A stretch of DNA of 64,000 nt from Nemertoderma westbladi. Its lineage: Eukaryota; Animalia; Xenacoelomorpha. Below the pieces are notes generated by a model that ran no database searches, was not told the DNA's origin, and saw nothing but the letters and a program-made list of their open reading frames with translations. Position numbers and translations under genes: made by a program. The stretch covers positions 64,702 to 128,701 of the forward strand of contig JAUCBJ010000011.1 in the NCBI GenBank assembly GCA_032718475.1, read 5' to 3'. Every line of letters starts with the position of its first letter. Position 1 is the stretch's first letter. Of this stretch, positions 36,581-49,411 are shown piece by piece.

Positions 36581-39500
36581 TCAGTCAGTCAGTCAGTCAG
36601 TCAGTCAGTCAGTCAGTCAGTCAGTCAGTCAGTCAGTCAGTCAGTCAGTCAGTCAGTCAGTCAGTCAGTCAGTCAGTCAGTCAGTCAGTCAGTCAGTCAG
36701 TCAGTCAGTCAGTCAGTCAGTCAGTCAGTCAGTCAGTCAGTCAGTCAGTCAGTCAGTCAGTCAGTCAGTCAGTCAGTCAGTCAGTCAGTCAGTCAGTCAG
36801 TCAGTCAGTCAGTCAGTCAGTCAGTCAGTCAGTCAGTCAGTCAGTCAGTCAGTCAGTCAGTCAGTCAGTCAGTCAGTCAGTCAGTCAGTCAGTCAGTCAG
36901 TCAGTCAGTCAGTCAGTCAGTCAGTCAGTCAGTCAGTCAGTCAGTCAGTCAGTCAGTCAGTCAGTCAGTCAGTCAGTCAGTCAGTCAGTCAGTCAGTCAG
37001 TCAGTCAGTCAGTCAGTCAGTCAGTCAGTCAGTCAGTCAGTCAGTCAGTCAGTCAGTCAGTCAGTCAGTCAGTCAGTCAGTCAGTCAGTCAGTCAGTCAG
37101 TCAGTCAGTCAGTCAGTCAGTCAGTCAGTCAGTCAGTCAGTCAGTCAGTCAGTCAGTCAGTCAGTCAGTCAGTCAGTCAGTCAGTCAGTCAGTCAGTCAG
37201 TCAGTCAGTCAGTCAGTCAGTCAGTCAGTCAGTCAGTCAGTCAGTCAGTCAGTCAGTCAGTCAGTCAGTCAGTCAGTCAGTCAGTCAGTCAGTCAGTCAG
37301 TCAGTCAGTCAGTCAGTCAGTCAGTCAGTCAGTCAGTCAGTCAGTCAGTCAGTCAGTCAGTCAGTCAGTCAGTCAGTCAGTCAGTCAGTCAGTCAGTCAG
37401 TCAGTCAGTCAGTCAGTCAGTCAGTCAGTCAGTCAGTCAGTCAGTCAGTCAGTCAGTCAGTCAGTCAGTCAGTCAGTCAGTCAGTCAGTCAGTCAGTCAG
37501 TCAGTCAGTCAGTCAGTCAGTCAGTCAGTCAGTCAGTCAGTCAGTCAGTCAGTCAGTCAGTCAGTCAGTCAGTCAGTCAGTCAGTCAGTCAGTCAGTCAG
37601 TCAGTCAGTCAGTCAGTCAGTCAGTCAGTCAGTCAGTCAGTCAGTCAGTCAGTCAGTCAGTCAGTCAGTCAGTCAGTCAGTCAGTCAGTCAGTCAGTCAG
37701 TCAGTCAGTCAGTCAGTCAGTCAGTCAGTCAGTCAGTCAGTCAGTCAGTCAGTCAGTCAGTCAGTCAGTCAGTCAGTCAGTCAGTCAGTCAGTCAGTCAG
37801 TCAGTCAGTCAGTCAGTCAGTCAGTCAGTCAGTCAGTCAGTCAGTCAGTCAGTCAGTCAGTCAGTCAGTCAGTCAGTCAGTCAGTCAGTCAGTCAGTCAG
37901 TCAGTCAGTCAGTCAGTCAGTCAGTCAGTCAGTCAGTCAGTCAGTCAGTCAGTCAGTCAGTCAGTCAGTCAGTCAGTCAGTCAGTCAGTCAGTCAGTCAG
38001 TCAGTCAGTCAGTCAGTCAGTCAGTCAGTCAGTCAGTCAGTCAGTCAGTCAGTCAGTCAGTCAGTCAGTCAGTCAGTCAGTCAGTCAGTCAGTCAGTCAG
38101 TCAGTCAGTCAGTCAGTCAGTCAGTCAGTCAGTCAGTCAGTCAGTCAGTCAGTCAGTCAGTCAGTCAGTCAGTCAGTCAGTCAGTCAGTCAGTCAGTCAG
38201 TCAGTCAGTCAGTCAGTCAGTCAGTCAGTCAGTCAGTCAGTCAGTCAGTCAGTCAGTCAGTCAGTCAGTCAGTCAGTCAGTCAGTCAGTCAGTCAGTCAG
38301 TCAGTCAGTCAGTCAGTCAGTCAGTCAGTCAGTCAGTCAGTCAGTCAGTCAGTCAGTCAGTCAGTCAGTCAGTCAGTCAGTCAGTCAGTCAGTCAGTCAG
38401 TCAGTCAGTCAGTCAGTCAGTCAGTCAGTCAGTCAGTCAGTCAGTCAGTCAGTCAGTCAGTCAGTCAGTCAGTCAGTCAGTCAGTCAGTCAGTCAGTCAG
38501 TCAGTCAGTCAGTCAGTCAGTCAGTCAGTCAGTCAGTCAGTCAGTCAGTCAGTCAGTCAGTCAGTCAGTCAGTCAGTCAGTCAGTCAGTCAGTCAGTCAG
38601 TCAGTCAGTCAGTCAGTCAGTCAGTCAGTCAGTCAGTCAGTCAGTCAGTCAGTCAGTCAGTCAGTCAGTCAGTCAGTCAGTCAGTCAGTCAGTCAGTCAG
38701 TCAGTCAGTCAGTCAGTCAGTCAGTCAGTCAGTCAGTCAGTCAGTCAGTCAGTCAGTCAGTCAGTCAGTCAGTCAGTCAGTCAGTCAGTCAGTCAGTCAG
38801 TCAGTCAGTCAGTCAGTCAGTCAGTCAGTCAGTCAGTCAGTCAGTCAGTCAGTCAGTCAGTCAGTCAGTCAGTCAGTCAGTCAGTCAGTCAGTCAGTCAG
38901 TCAGTCAGTCAGTCAGTCAGTCAGTCAGTCAGTCAGTCAGTCAGTCAGTCAGTCAGTCAGTCAGTCAGTCAGTCAGTCAGTCAGTCAGTCAGTCAGTCAG
39001 TCAGTCAGTCAGTCAGTCAGTCAGTCAGTCAGTCAGTCAGTCAGTCAGTCAGTCAGTCAGTCAGTCAGTCAGTCAGTCAGTCAGTCAGTCAGTCAGTCAG
39101 TCAGTCAGTCAGTCAGTCAGTCAGTCAGTCAGTCAGTCAGTCAGTCAGTCAGTCAGTCAGTCAGTCAGTCAGTCAGTCAGTCAGTCAGTCAGTCAGTCAG
39201 TCAGTCAGTCAGTCAGTCAGTCAGTCAGTCAGTCAGTCAGTCAGTCAGTCAGTCAGTCAGTCAGTCAGTCAGTCAGTCAGTCAGTCAGTCAGTCAGTCAG
39301 TCAGTCAGTCAGTCAGTCAGTCAGTCAGTCAGTCAGTCAGTCAGTCAGTCAGTCAGTCAGTCAGTCAGTCAGTCAGTCAGTCAGTCAGTCAGTCAGTCAG
39401 TCAGTCAGTCAGTCAGTCAGTCAGTCAGTCAGTCAGTCAGTCAGTCAGTCAGTCAGTCAGTCAGTCAGTCAGTCAGTCAGTCAGTCAGTCAGTCAGTCAG

Positions 39501-39670
39501 TCAGTCAGTCAGTCAGTCAGTCAGTCAGTCAGTCAGTCAGTCAGTCAGTCAGTCAGTCAGTCAGTCAGTCAGTCAGTCAGTCAGTCAGTCAGTCAGTCAG
39601 TCAGTCAGTCAGTCAGTCAGTCAGTCAGTCAGTCAGTCAGTCAGTCAGTCAGTCATAGTCAGTCAGTCAG
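36581..39670. repeat. (TCAG)n microsatellite, ~3.09 kb, ~770 units
   Basis: Uninterrupted TCAG from 36581 to ~39655, then one imperfection near the end. Confidence 0.99.
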
Positions 39671-40664
39671 TTATATATCCTGAGATTTTTACAGAAAGTA
39701 TCCCTGAGACTTTTATTACAGTAAGTATCCCGCCGCTGTCAAGCGGGCTCCTAAACAGTAATCATACAGTAATGTCACATTATTTAGATAGGGGGCGTTT
39801 CCTTATGAAAATTATTGTGTTTTTTAGCCATTATCCAAAATTCGGGGTAGAAAATGATGGAAAAGCTCATACAAATATTTTCCAGTTTTCTGCATAATTG
39901 TGATTTGTATAGTGGACTGTCAGACTGTGTGAGGCGAGCCACGAAAGTAAGCGAGTTTCAGCTTAGCATAGCGGTACCACTATCTACAGTATATCTCATC
40001 GGTGTGTCTGTCGATCTGTATGTAGATCGGTATATTTATAAACATTAATAACTCAGCCAATGCTCTATTAATTATAACCAAACTTGGTACACATGTTGTT
40101 TGGCAAAAGTTTAGAAATGTTCCAAATAGAATTTTACATGTGGCCTTCGAGAAGCTAAGATACAGTAAAAGCAGTTAATTAGGTAATGAAGTTGATTACG
40201 GTAAAAAACATAATTTAATGCCTGTTTTTCATGGAATTTAATTATTTTCTAGTAAAAAGATTTAAATAATTACACTTAAAAATTATACAGCTAGAATCCC
40301 CATACCCCATTCCAAAATAATACAATTATTCAGAGTTCGCTGGAATAAAAACAATTTTTAAATTAATTGGCCCAAATCATCCAAACGCACCTTACAAATC
40401 TGCCATATCGCCACATTATTAATCGAACCAAATTAATTAATATACTGTATACAGTAATATTATACATGCTACCGGTACAGTATACAGTATACATCGTATA
40501 TGAAACATTAATGGCTTTATATGATGTTTGCTTTATGTAATGTTTACTAACTGAAATATTTAATTCCGACAATCGACTCTTTTTACTGTAGGGCCCTACA
40601 AATATATAAGTTAATTTATAATGATAGCTTCCTTCTTCCTCCTGTAAAGGTACAACTACAGTCC

Positions 40665-41832
40665 TGTTCGCGCTTTCAGACCTTTGGCAGTTTAACCCGC
40701 CAAATTAGGATGTCTTCTAGATAATAATTCGCTTTTAGCCTATGACAAGTATTTGATTCACTACACTAGTCGAAACCAATCTGTGCGCGATCATTCACCC
40801 GCTGGATATACCCGGGAGATTGGGTTCGACGGCTTAATCGTATTGCTATGTAGGCCTAATGTATTATTCGACTGACAGTATTATATAATCTCTGACAATA
40901 TTATTCACCTTCGGGAAATATTAACAGTTCCTTTAGGACGTGGCGCTCTACCTATATAAACAGAGTTATGACTTAAACTACTCACAACGATATGGCTTAG
41001 TTATAATTCACATATATGGCGCATTCTTTAGGAAATGCTTCGTTATCAGTCTCACTCATACACAATGCTGCACAATACTGCACACTGATCTGCCGATCTT
41101 CACTGATTTTAGTCACATATAAAAGGAACACGGACCGAATCATGTAGGGTCTATCAAATAACATTAGATTCACTTCAAACCACTTTAACATAAGTCACAA
41201 TCGTTATATGTAACCTTTCTCTCTTACCTTCGGTATATCAAGAATATTGGGTTTTCGGGGTTATTTATCGTTATTCCAAATATAATAATTCATCAACCAT
41301 ATTATGAAGAACTGACAGTAAATAGCAGTATAACAATATAACAGTATGCACAGGTTGTTTGATTAGGTATGGTATGTTATGTTTAGATATGATAACGGAT
41401 ATATGTCCTTATAATTAAGCCTACTAGTGTAAGACTAAAAACTGGAAACACGGAGGTGCCAAAAGCCGGTTCTTAGGCTCTGGGCAAAAACATAACACTG
41501 AACCGATAAGAATAATCTTATTTACAAAGGCTTCCACCCACCACAGAGAAAGAGCATACAGATAGGAAAATTCAGTTCAGTAGATCTGTGATAGGTCGAA
41601 ATCAAAATCAACTCAAATCCTATTGGCAGATACAGAAAGCAGGGCTGTGGGGCAACTTTCCCAAGCTGGTTGGACAATCAAACGTAGCCCAGATCCCTTC
41701 GCACAGCAAATCAGCCAATCAGCCGGTAGCTTGCGCTATTCGAGTTATAGATCCCTTTTTAGAGTATTCCAGCGCCTGGGGGGAACTGGTTAGCAAGGCA
41801 AACGAATCAGTTATCCCACAAAAGCTTTTACA
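40665..41832 (-). repeat. 3' LTR of BEL copy 1
   Basis: Near-identical to 56624-57791 (two substitutions noticed by eye). On the element strand it begins TGTAAAAGC and ends GCGAACA. Confidence 0.97.
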
Positions 41833-41840
41833 CCGCTCCC
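41833..41840 (-). promoter_or_regulatory. Short polypurine tract
   Basis: GGGAGCGG lies immediately 5' of the 3' LTR on the element strand. Confidence 0.6.
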
Positions 41841-42304
41841 AGAAAATGGGATTTATGTCTATAAAATATAACAAATCACAGTTTCTAAAATATAAAAAAT
41901 ACTCTAAACAGTTAGTCTTTCTTACGCAGACGGCGTTTACGCAGTTTTTTGAGGCTAGCAAGAGTCCTTTTCTCTTTGGGGGGAGCCACTTTACTAGGTG
42001 GGCTATAAATCCTGGGTGAAGGGTGCAATATGATTGCATCAGAAGGTGTAGGATTATGGTCGGGGTATCCGCTGTTTCGATATGCTTCTCCTCGAGCTGA
42101 TTTTCCTCCGCTCGTAGCTGGATACGTTCATCCAAAAACTCTCGCAGAGAATGGGGTTGTCTAAGTGCGATATATTCTTAGAGATTCTGGATTTCACAAT
42201 CGAACTGAGATAAAGACAATTCGTTTATCGCTTGGACTTGCTGTTACAACTTACGTTTATCTGAACAAACGTAAGTTTCCTTTCTGATCTTTGTAGAATA
42301 GCGT

Positions 42305-43441
42305 TTAACTCGTTTGGTACAACGTTCTCCGACACTCTGGTGACAGGTTATATCGTGTCAAGCCGGGATGATGGTAAGGGTTAAACGGCGATATTAAATG
42401 TCCGCGTCCCAATCCGGCTAGGTAGGATGGGCTAATATCTAAGAAACCCACAACTGGGGTGCCACCGACTAATCGTTCAGGTAACACTAGATCTTTGAGC
42501 AGTGAGTACAGCTCGGGAGGATCCGTCATACTAATAGGATCAAGAGTCTGAGGTCTCACTAGGGAATGAGGAGCTCTGATCGAGTATTCCGAAACTCTGA
42601 TCATTGGTTTATTTAAGGATCGTCTGAGTCGAACGAGCGTAGGTGATACATTGAACAAGTTTCGCTCGAAACTCCCGTAAGTATAGCGAGTAAAACCGTG
42701 TTCAAAGCAACGTCTCCGCGGATGTTTATGCCTTTCCGTTTGTTGGTTGGGTCTTGGGCATTCATCGCAATAATACCCAAAAACGTACGTCTTGTAGGGG
42801 AAACGCGAGTGATCTTTCTCCAGCTTACAATATTCCTCCATCCGTTCGAAGCTATTCGGTACAACAGGTAGCGGTCGATCGGCGGTAAGATACATCATAG
42901 GGGAATCGAGCCGTTTGAGTTCTACCATGCGGTCATGATGTATACCTTGAGGATATCGAGTTTCTAGATTTTGTTGACTGGCAATATTGAGATATGTTTC
43001 TATCAGGAATTCCAGATTATCGTTGAAGTCGCTGCGTTTATCCGGCTCCTCAACGTCTTCTCTTTCGAGTCTGTTTCGAATAGAATTCTCGTGTTCCATT
43101 CTCGGTTTATCGTTCCGCCTCCGCTGGGTAGGATATTTCAATCGTACCATTTCCCTTTTGGTGTCGACATTGTCCGTATCGTGTAAATCGATAGGATGAC
43201 CAGTAGTTAAGAAGTCCACATACGTACCATTACGATGCGCATAGCGAGCGGTGAATTTCTTATAGTCCAACTCACGCGTGAGCTGCTCTTGGGACATTGG
43301 CGGTTCGATATAACGATCATCGTCCTCCGCAGCAGTTGGACCAGCGTCGCCGTCAACCAGCGTCAAGCTATCAACAAACGCTTGTAAAGGTAGAGTATAT
43401 CGCTCCCTGATACCAAGATCATCTTCTATCAACTCAATCAT
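42305..43441 (-). CDS. Accessory ORF of BEL copy 1 in the env position; unknown 378-aa hydrophilic protein
   Basis: Intact ORF on the element's sense strand between pol and the 3' LTR. No signal peptide or TM segment is evident. It contains C-x2-C-x16-C-x2-H (CDEC...CFEH). Confidence 0.7.
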   Translation of the reverse strand: MIELIEDDLGIRERYTLPLQAFVDSLTLVDGDAGPTAAEDDDRYIEPPMSQEQLTRELDYKKFTARYAHRNGTYVDFLTTGHPIDLHDTDNVDTKREMVRLKYPTQRRRNDKPRMEHENSIRNRLEREDVEEPDKRSDFNDNLEFLIETYLNIASQQNLETRYPQGIHHDRMVELKRLDSPMMYLTADRPLPVVPNSFERMEEYCKLEKDHSRFPYKTYVFGYYCDECPRPNQQTERHKHPRRRCFEHGFTRYTYGSFERNLFNVSPTLVRLRRSLNKPMIRVSEYSIRAPHSLVRPQTLDPISMTDPPELYSLLKDLVLPERLVGGTPVVGFLDISPSYLAGLGRGHLISPFNPYHHPGLTRYNLSPECRRTLYQTS

Positions 43442-45062
43442 ATCTGCTATATAAATTTATCCATATTATAATGAGTTTATATTTAGGCGAGCGGGCGTCG
43501 CTGCCTACCCCAATCAGCCCCCGGACAGTGCGAGATCCTCAGCGCCGATGTGTTGTCGCCGCTGTACTTTCGCCAACGACGTAGCCGCACAACGACAACG
43601 ACAACCGGCACAAGTCACTCCACTGTCCGTCCCAAAGGCTTAGATGTACTTCAGGTTTTTCTTGGAGAGTTAGGTTACTTTCACGATTGCGACTAGCTAC
43701 TGTAAACACACTTTAGCAGTAACATTCACCTATAAACTCACAAATACCACACAACTGGTCACAACTACGCACATTCGGGCCATTTGTCCGTTAGTCAATG
43801 CCTTCCAGAATGTCACTGTATTATTATGTATCCTTGGATACTAGCAGTGCGCTATTTATTCCCTATGCTATTCAATGGGACAAGCTTTCTATTGTTCTTT
43901 TAACTCAATTCTAATTCTAGCGTGGTTGTTGCCATGGTGACATTATGCAAAGCTAGCGGTAGAATTAGGGTAATTCCAATGCATACAGATCTGGGATGTT
44001 ATTTAATAGTATTCTTTAATAGTCAATGTTCTGTTTTATACATGACTTTATGAATTTTATCGGCTATTGACTATGTTTGGGAGACTTTCGCACACTCATA
44101 TGCATAATAAGATAAATCTCCGCTCCCTTGATCTATTAATTAATGGAATTTTGGGAATGTTATACATTGCGTAAAAATGGCAATTTATTAAATTCATTAA
44201 AAGGCATGAATTTAAATTATTCCCTGAAATTTTATTATTTGATAATTAAATGGACATATTTTGATTCTAGAACATGTCTGGGGACACAAGATCCTTAATT
44301 CTATGACAATTGTCTTTTTAAGAATATCGGTAAATGCTACGATATCTTAATTGACTAGAATTGTTGAAGGATCTGAATTTTACAGATTTTGATTTATTAG
44401 ATTTGCAAATATTAAATAATTAATATTTGAGATGGGCACCGATTTATTCCAGAACTTGTCTGGGAACGTTAACCACTGATTCTAGAATTTGTCTTTCAAG
44501 TATATCGGTGGGTGCCGCGATATCTTAATCGACTAGAATTACAGATGGTCAAAGGGTTTAACAGATTTATTTTGCGTTATACGCTACTGTTAAAGGGACA
44601 TCACGCTACTATATGTATTATTTAATATACGGTATGAGAGCAATATCGCACGAAGCAATGTCAGTGTGAAGAGGCAAGTCGTTTCCAAGGTCTACCCAGA
44701 GCTTGGTTTAGCCGAGACACGAGGATCTGAACTTTGCATTCCTAATACTCTGCCTACCAATAATACTTTAATATAGTAGTGGCTTTATTGTACTTTAATA
44801 AGTACGGACATTTCATCTTACTGTAGTTACGTATTTATAATATAATACGGACAGTAAGGAAAGAGAAAAAATAATTATTTCTTCGCCGTCGCACTAAATA
44901 TAATATAAGTAATTACGTACGCAATAAACACGAATATATTGCACTATTCTACAAAATAATCGCTAAATAATATTCTACTAAATTAAATAAAACGATTATA
45001 ATAAAACTACATAGTAATACATACATAAATATAAAATAATAAAATAATATAAAATAATAGAG

Positions 45063-48000
45063 TCACACTGTCGGTTGAATTAGGGAAGTGGTCGTGGGAA
45101 GAGTTTCTTGTCTTCCATAGTTTCCGGAGAGCTCTCTGTCTCTTTCCAGTAAACATAAACGACCCACTGGGCGATTGAGCTGTTGAGTCTCAAAGACTAT
45201 CCCTGGTTTCTTAAAGTTACGCCGCATGACGACGAGCTCTACTGATCGCGCACCAAACCATCGCTCGAGATATGAGTCTCGATGATACGTCCTGTTTGCC
45301 ATCGCTTACGTGGGAGATCGGGGTCCACAATAAGCACCATGTCTCCAGCGCTGACGTTTTCTTGCTGCGCAAACCACTTAGTTCGAAGTTGTAGAGTGGG
45401 CAGGTAATGTTTCTCGAAATGGTCAGCGAAACGACGGGATAGCAACTGCATAAGTTGCCAGGTTCGACGGCAGTACTCGTCTCCGTCTGTGATCTCCGAT
45501 CGTGGGAGCATGGCTACGGGTTTCTTCAGTAGAAAGTGCGCGGGTGTTAGCGCTTCCAGGGAATCAGGACTTGAAGAGACTGGCATAAGCGGTCTTTCGT
45601 TGAGATAGGCGGCGATTTCCTCCATTAACGTCCGCAATAGTTCGTCGGTGAGATAAGCGCGACAAGGTACAATAAAGTGGAACGCAGTCTTCACGCTCCT
45701 AATCAATCTCTCCCAACTTCCTCCCCACCAAGGGGCGTCGGCGGCGTTGAAGGTCCAGCTAGACGCTGTTATCTTTAGCTGATCGTCCACCTGTCTTTTG
45801 TTCCAGTCCTTTACGTAAGCTTGAATTTCGTTGTTGGCGCCAATGAAGTTCGTTCCCTTATCCGATCTCATCGTGTTACTGGTTCCGAAACGAGCGATCT
45901 GTCGTCGTAAACTCAACACGAAGCTGTTGGTGGATAGATCGTTTACCATATCGAGATGGATAGCTCTACAAGTCATACAAACGAAGATGACACACCATCT
46001 CTTGACTATAGTCCGGGCACGATATACTTCAATAGGGCCAAATAAATCCACACCGGTATTAGTAAAGGGTGGTTCGTAGAAGCTTACTCTTTCCCTAGGT
46101 AATTCTGCCTCTCGCTGTGTCAAAGGCCTACTGAATGCTTTCCTACAGGGTATGCAGTTCCTAAGGACTTGGTTCAGAGCCCTACGGGGTTTATAAAAAT
46201 AGTAGCGAGTTCGAATTTCGCTCAGAACTCGTTCTCTTCCCGCATGATACAGTTTGCTATGAACATCTACAATCATCTTGATTTGTATGTCAAGATTTCT
46301 AATGAGTATGGGAAACTTAGTGTCAAAGGATAAGGGGGCGTTGGTGAGCCTGCCTCCAACACGTATTAACCCATCTATCATGGTACTAGAGAAGCGATCC
46401 CTTAAGCGCATCTGCGGATTTCTTAACAACAGGAAATACTTATCAGGATCCTCATAGCATTGTAGGAGTCTCAGCATCTGTTTGTTGGTTTCATCATGCT
46501 CCTGGTAACTGATCTTCTCCTTTAGAAACCTGTCGGATATCTTGTATTGGGGAAGGTCTTTAACAATATGGACTCGTGCAGATGTTGATGGAGCATCATC
46601 ACTATTGGTCTTTGTCCCAAAGTAACGATGATGAAAACATCGTTTTAAATAGGTGACGGCTTTGCAGAGCCGATTCCAGGTGCTGTAGTGACATATCGCT
46701 CTCTGCAAGAGGGGTGAGAGTCCTTGTGCGATATCTGGTATTCCAGATTTCCAATCCTTGTCACGGATTTCCAAGACTTCTTTAGTCGTGGTGGTGGGTT
46801 TCTGATCCAAAGCATCCTCTCCGGAAGTAAATAATACAGATAGATCAACCGCAGGTTTAAACAACTTCGATTTACTCGCTCGAGTTTTGGGTTTAACTTT
46901 CTCCGCTCCCTTGGCCTGTCTGATCTCTGCTGTTGTGAGATGGGGAGGCCATTCTTCTTCTTCTTTGTAGAGAAAGTCGGGTCCACCTAACCATTCGGGA
47001 GTATTTACCAATTCCTTTGGAGTCGCTCCTCGGGAAGCGATGTCTGCTGGATTAATCGTTCCGGGGCAATGTCTCCATTGGTCCATCGTCGTGCGACTAA
47101 GTATGATGGCTACCCTGTTGGTAACGAAGACGCTGAACTGACAGACTTCATTGGTTATATACTCTAACACGAGTAAAGCGTCGGTCCAATAGACAGTTTT
47201 CTCTAATGGATATTCAATCTGTTCTGTTACATTCCGGCCGATGGCTGTAGCGTATAGAGCCGCTTTTAACTCCGCTCGAGGAACTTTCAACTTGTTGTTG
47301 ATTAATGCCTTAGAAGTAACCAAGGCGACTTTGATTCCATCCGGAGTTTCCACTCTTAGATAGGCTACTATACCTATTCCCATATCGCTGGCGTCTCCAA
47401 ACACATGGAGTTGATAGGAATACGTAGGGAGAACATGACCAAAATATGAACGGGAAATTATAAAATCCTCGATAGCCGGCAGAGAATCTTCCCATTTCAT
47501 CCACTTCTTCAATAATTCTCCCTTAAGTGGATCGTCCCATGAGTGGTTTTCAAGCCATATTTGTTGTACCAAACTACGAGCAATCAATATAACTGGGCTA
47601 ATAAATCCCAATGGATCGAAATAAGTGCTCAGTATACTTAAGCAAATCCGTTTGGTTCGAACTGGATTATCTCGCTGTTTTAGCTGGAAAAACAGAATAT
47701 CTCGCTCTGTGTCCCATTTCAAGCCGAGTGTCTTGGTTTCTGGCAGATCATCTTTGATCAAATCTAGATCTTTCGCCCCTCGATCTTCTGCAGGGATCGA
47801 CTCCAGAAACTCACGGGAGTTGCTGGTGAATTTTGTTAATCGAAACCCACCTCTTTTTAAGCACTCTACCGTTCCTTTAGCGACCTCAATGGCTTCCTCA
47901 ACTGATGGGAGGGACTTCAGATTGTCGTCCATGTATATGTCTCTCTTGATGTTGTCGATCACTTCCTTAGAGAATGCCTCTCGGTTGTCCTCTGCAGTAG

Positions 48001-49411
48001 TACGCACTACCGAACAGGCGTTGGAAGGGCTTGAGATTATCCCAAAGGCCTGGATGGTCATCCAGTACTCCACCGGTTTCTGGTTGAGGTCTCCTTCGGG
48101 CCACCACAGAAATTGTAGACTATCTCGATCCCTATCTAGCACCTTGACTTGTAAGAACATGCCTTCTATATCGGAGGCGAAAGCAATCGAATATTGTCTC
48201 AATCTTAAAAGAATTCCCAACAAAGATTGAAGTAAGTTGGGTCCGGGTAACAATTCAGAGTTAACTTCATGTGGTTTACCGGGTTTAGGAACGTAATGGT
48301 GAGTTAAGTAATACGTTCTTTCAGTCACAGGTGTTTCTTCCGGTACTCTCTCCGCGTATCCCTTACTAATAAATTTCTCCAGCTGCGTTTGATACATTGC
48401 TTTAGCTGAAGAATTAGCCGTAAGGCGTCGATGGAGTTGCGCGATTCTTTTTTCCGCCAAGGGTCTGTTATTGATGAACTTCGGTTCTCTCTTGCGGAAA
48501 GGTAGACCGACTTCATACCTACCTTGATCTTTGAGAAAACGTGTAGTTGTCTCTTGGATCTGCTTGGCCCTTTCCTCTTCCACCGACAAGGCTTTATCGT
48601 AGGAATTGGGCTCTACCGCCTCTTGCGTAAAGAATCTTACGGCATGTTCATCTCGAGTCTTGGCGTTACAACGCTCAATGACGTCATTTAACTCGTCGTT
48701 ATAAGCTTCTCGTTCAGTTGGATAAAGAAGTTGACATAAGTTCACTTGGTTTTGCCAAGCCTCGTTTTCCTTAAGGAGATCGATGATATTCTCCTCATCA
48801 AAAAGCTGGTGAATGTCGTCGTTATCTGAGGAGTATGGGGTTCCCTCAGTTAAATCGTCTCCCTCACTAGTATCATCTTCCCATTCACTCACCTGGTAGA
48901 CGCGCTCTTGCGGTAGTCTTTCTCTGAGTGTTCTACGGGAAGGGCCAGTAAAGTACCAACCTACTCTAGTTCTTACCGCATAGGTCTGTAGTGGCTGCGG
49001 TTGAGCAGGCCGTTTCTCCAATGTCTCCAGCGCCTCATGCGCGTTTTGGCCGATGAGTATTTGCACTCCAGGATAATCAGTCTGGAATCGAGGTATCTTA
49101 AGATGTTGGATGCTCTCATCCTCGTCCCAATTATAAAGGTCTGCTTGAGTAGTAACGAAGTTCTTTATAGCCACCATTTTCACCGACCTTATGCTATGTT
49201 CTCCTAGTTCGTCTTGTGGGGTGGACAACGCGCCTATATAATAATCAGCTGTTACTGTAGATTTCCAAACTTGCATAATGCCGGACATGTTTAGCTTAGT
49301 TCGGAACTTGGGTTGTCCAACGAAGATGTCTTCGGCTAGTTCTTTATCCATGAATGTTCCTGTGCTGCCGGAGTCCAGGAGGGCGTTCACTATATCGCTT
49401 GCGTCCTTCTG
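45063..49411 (-). pseudogene. BEL/Pao pol (aspartic protease, RT, RNase H, integrase), with lesions
   Basis: 'ALLDSGS' protease; RT 'GPNLL', 'SDIEGMFLQV' and 'YMDD'; RNase H 'LHVFGDAS', 'PRAEL' and 'WTDA'; integrase H-x3-YH...CIPC, 'GVDLFGP', 'SDKGTNF' and 'GGSWERL'. A 2-bp insertion at ~45247-45251 shifts the 'GLVR|SVEL...RPVGRLCLLE' tail, and the 'RVVFD' block before 'NSELLPGPNL' is missing. Confidence 0.95.

Noticed and set aside
40940-42019. Small ORFs repeated in the LTRs (60-143 aa)
   Set aside because: They recur only because the LTRs are duplicated, several have non-ATG starts, and none shows protein-like motifs.
42305-43441. Accessory ORF as an envelope glycoprotein
   Set aside because: No signal peptide, fusion peptide or transmembrane anchor is visible.
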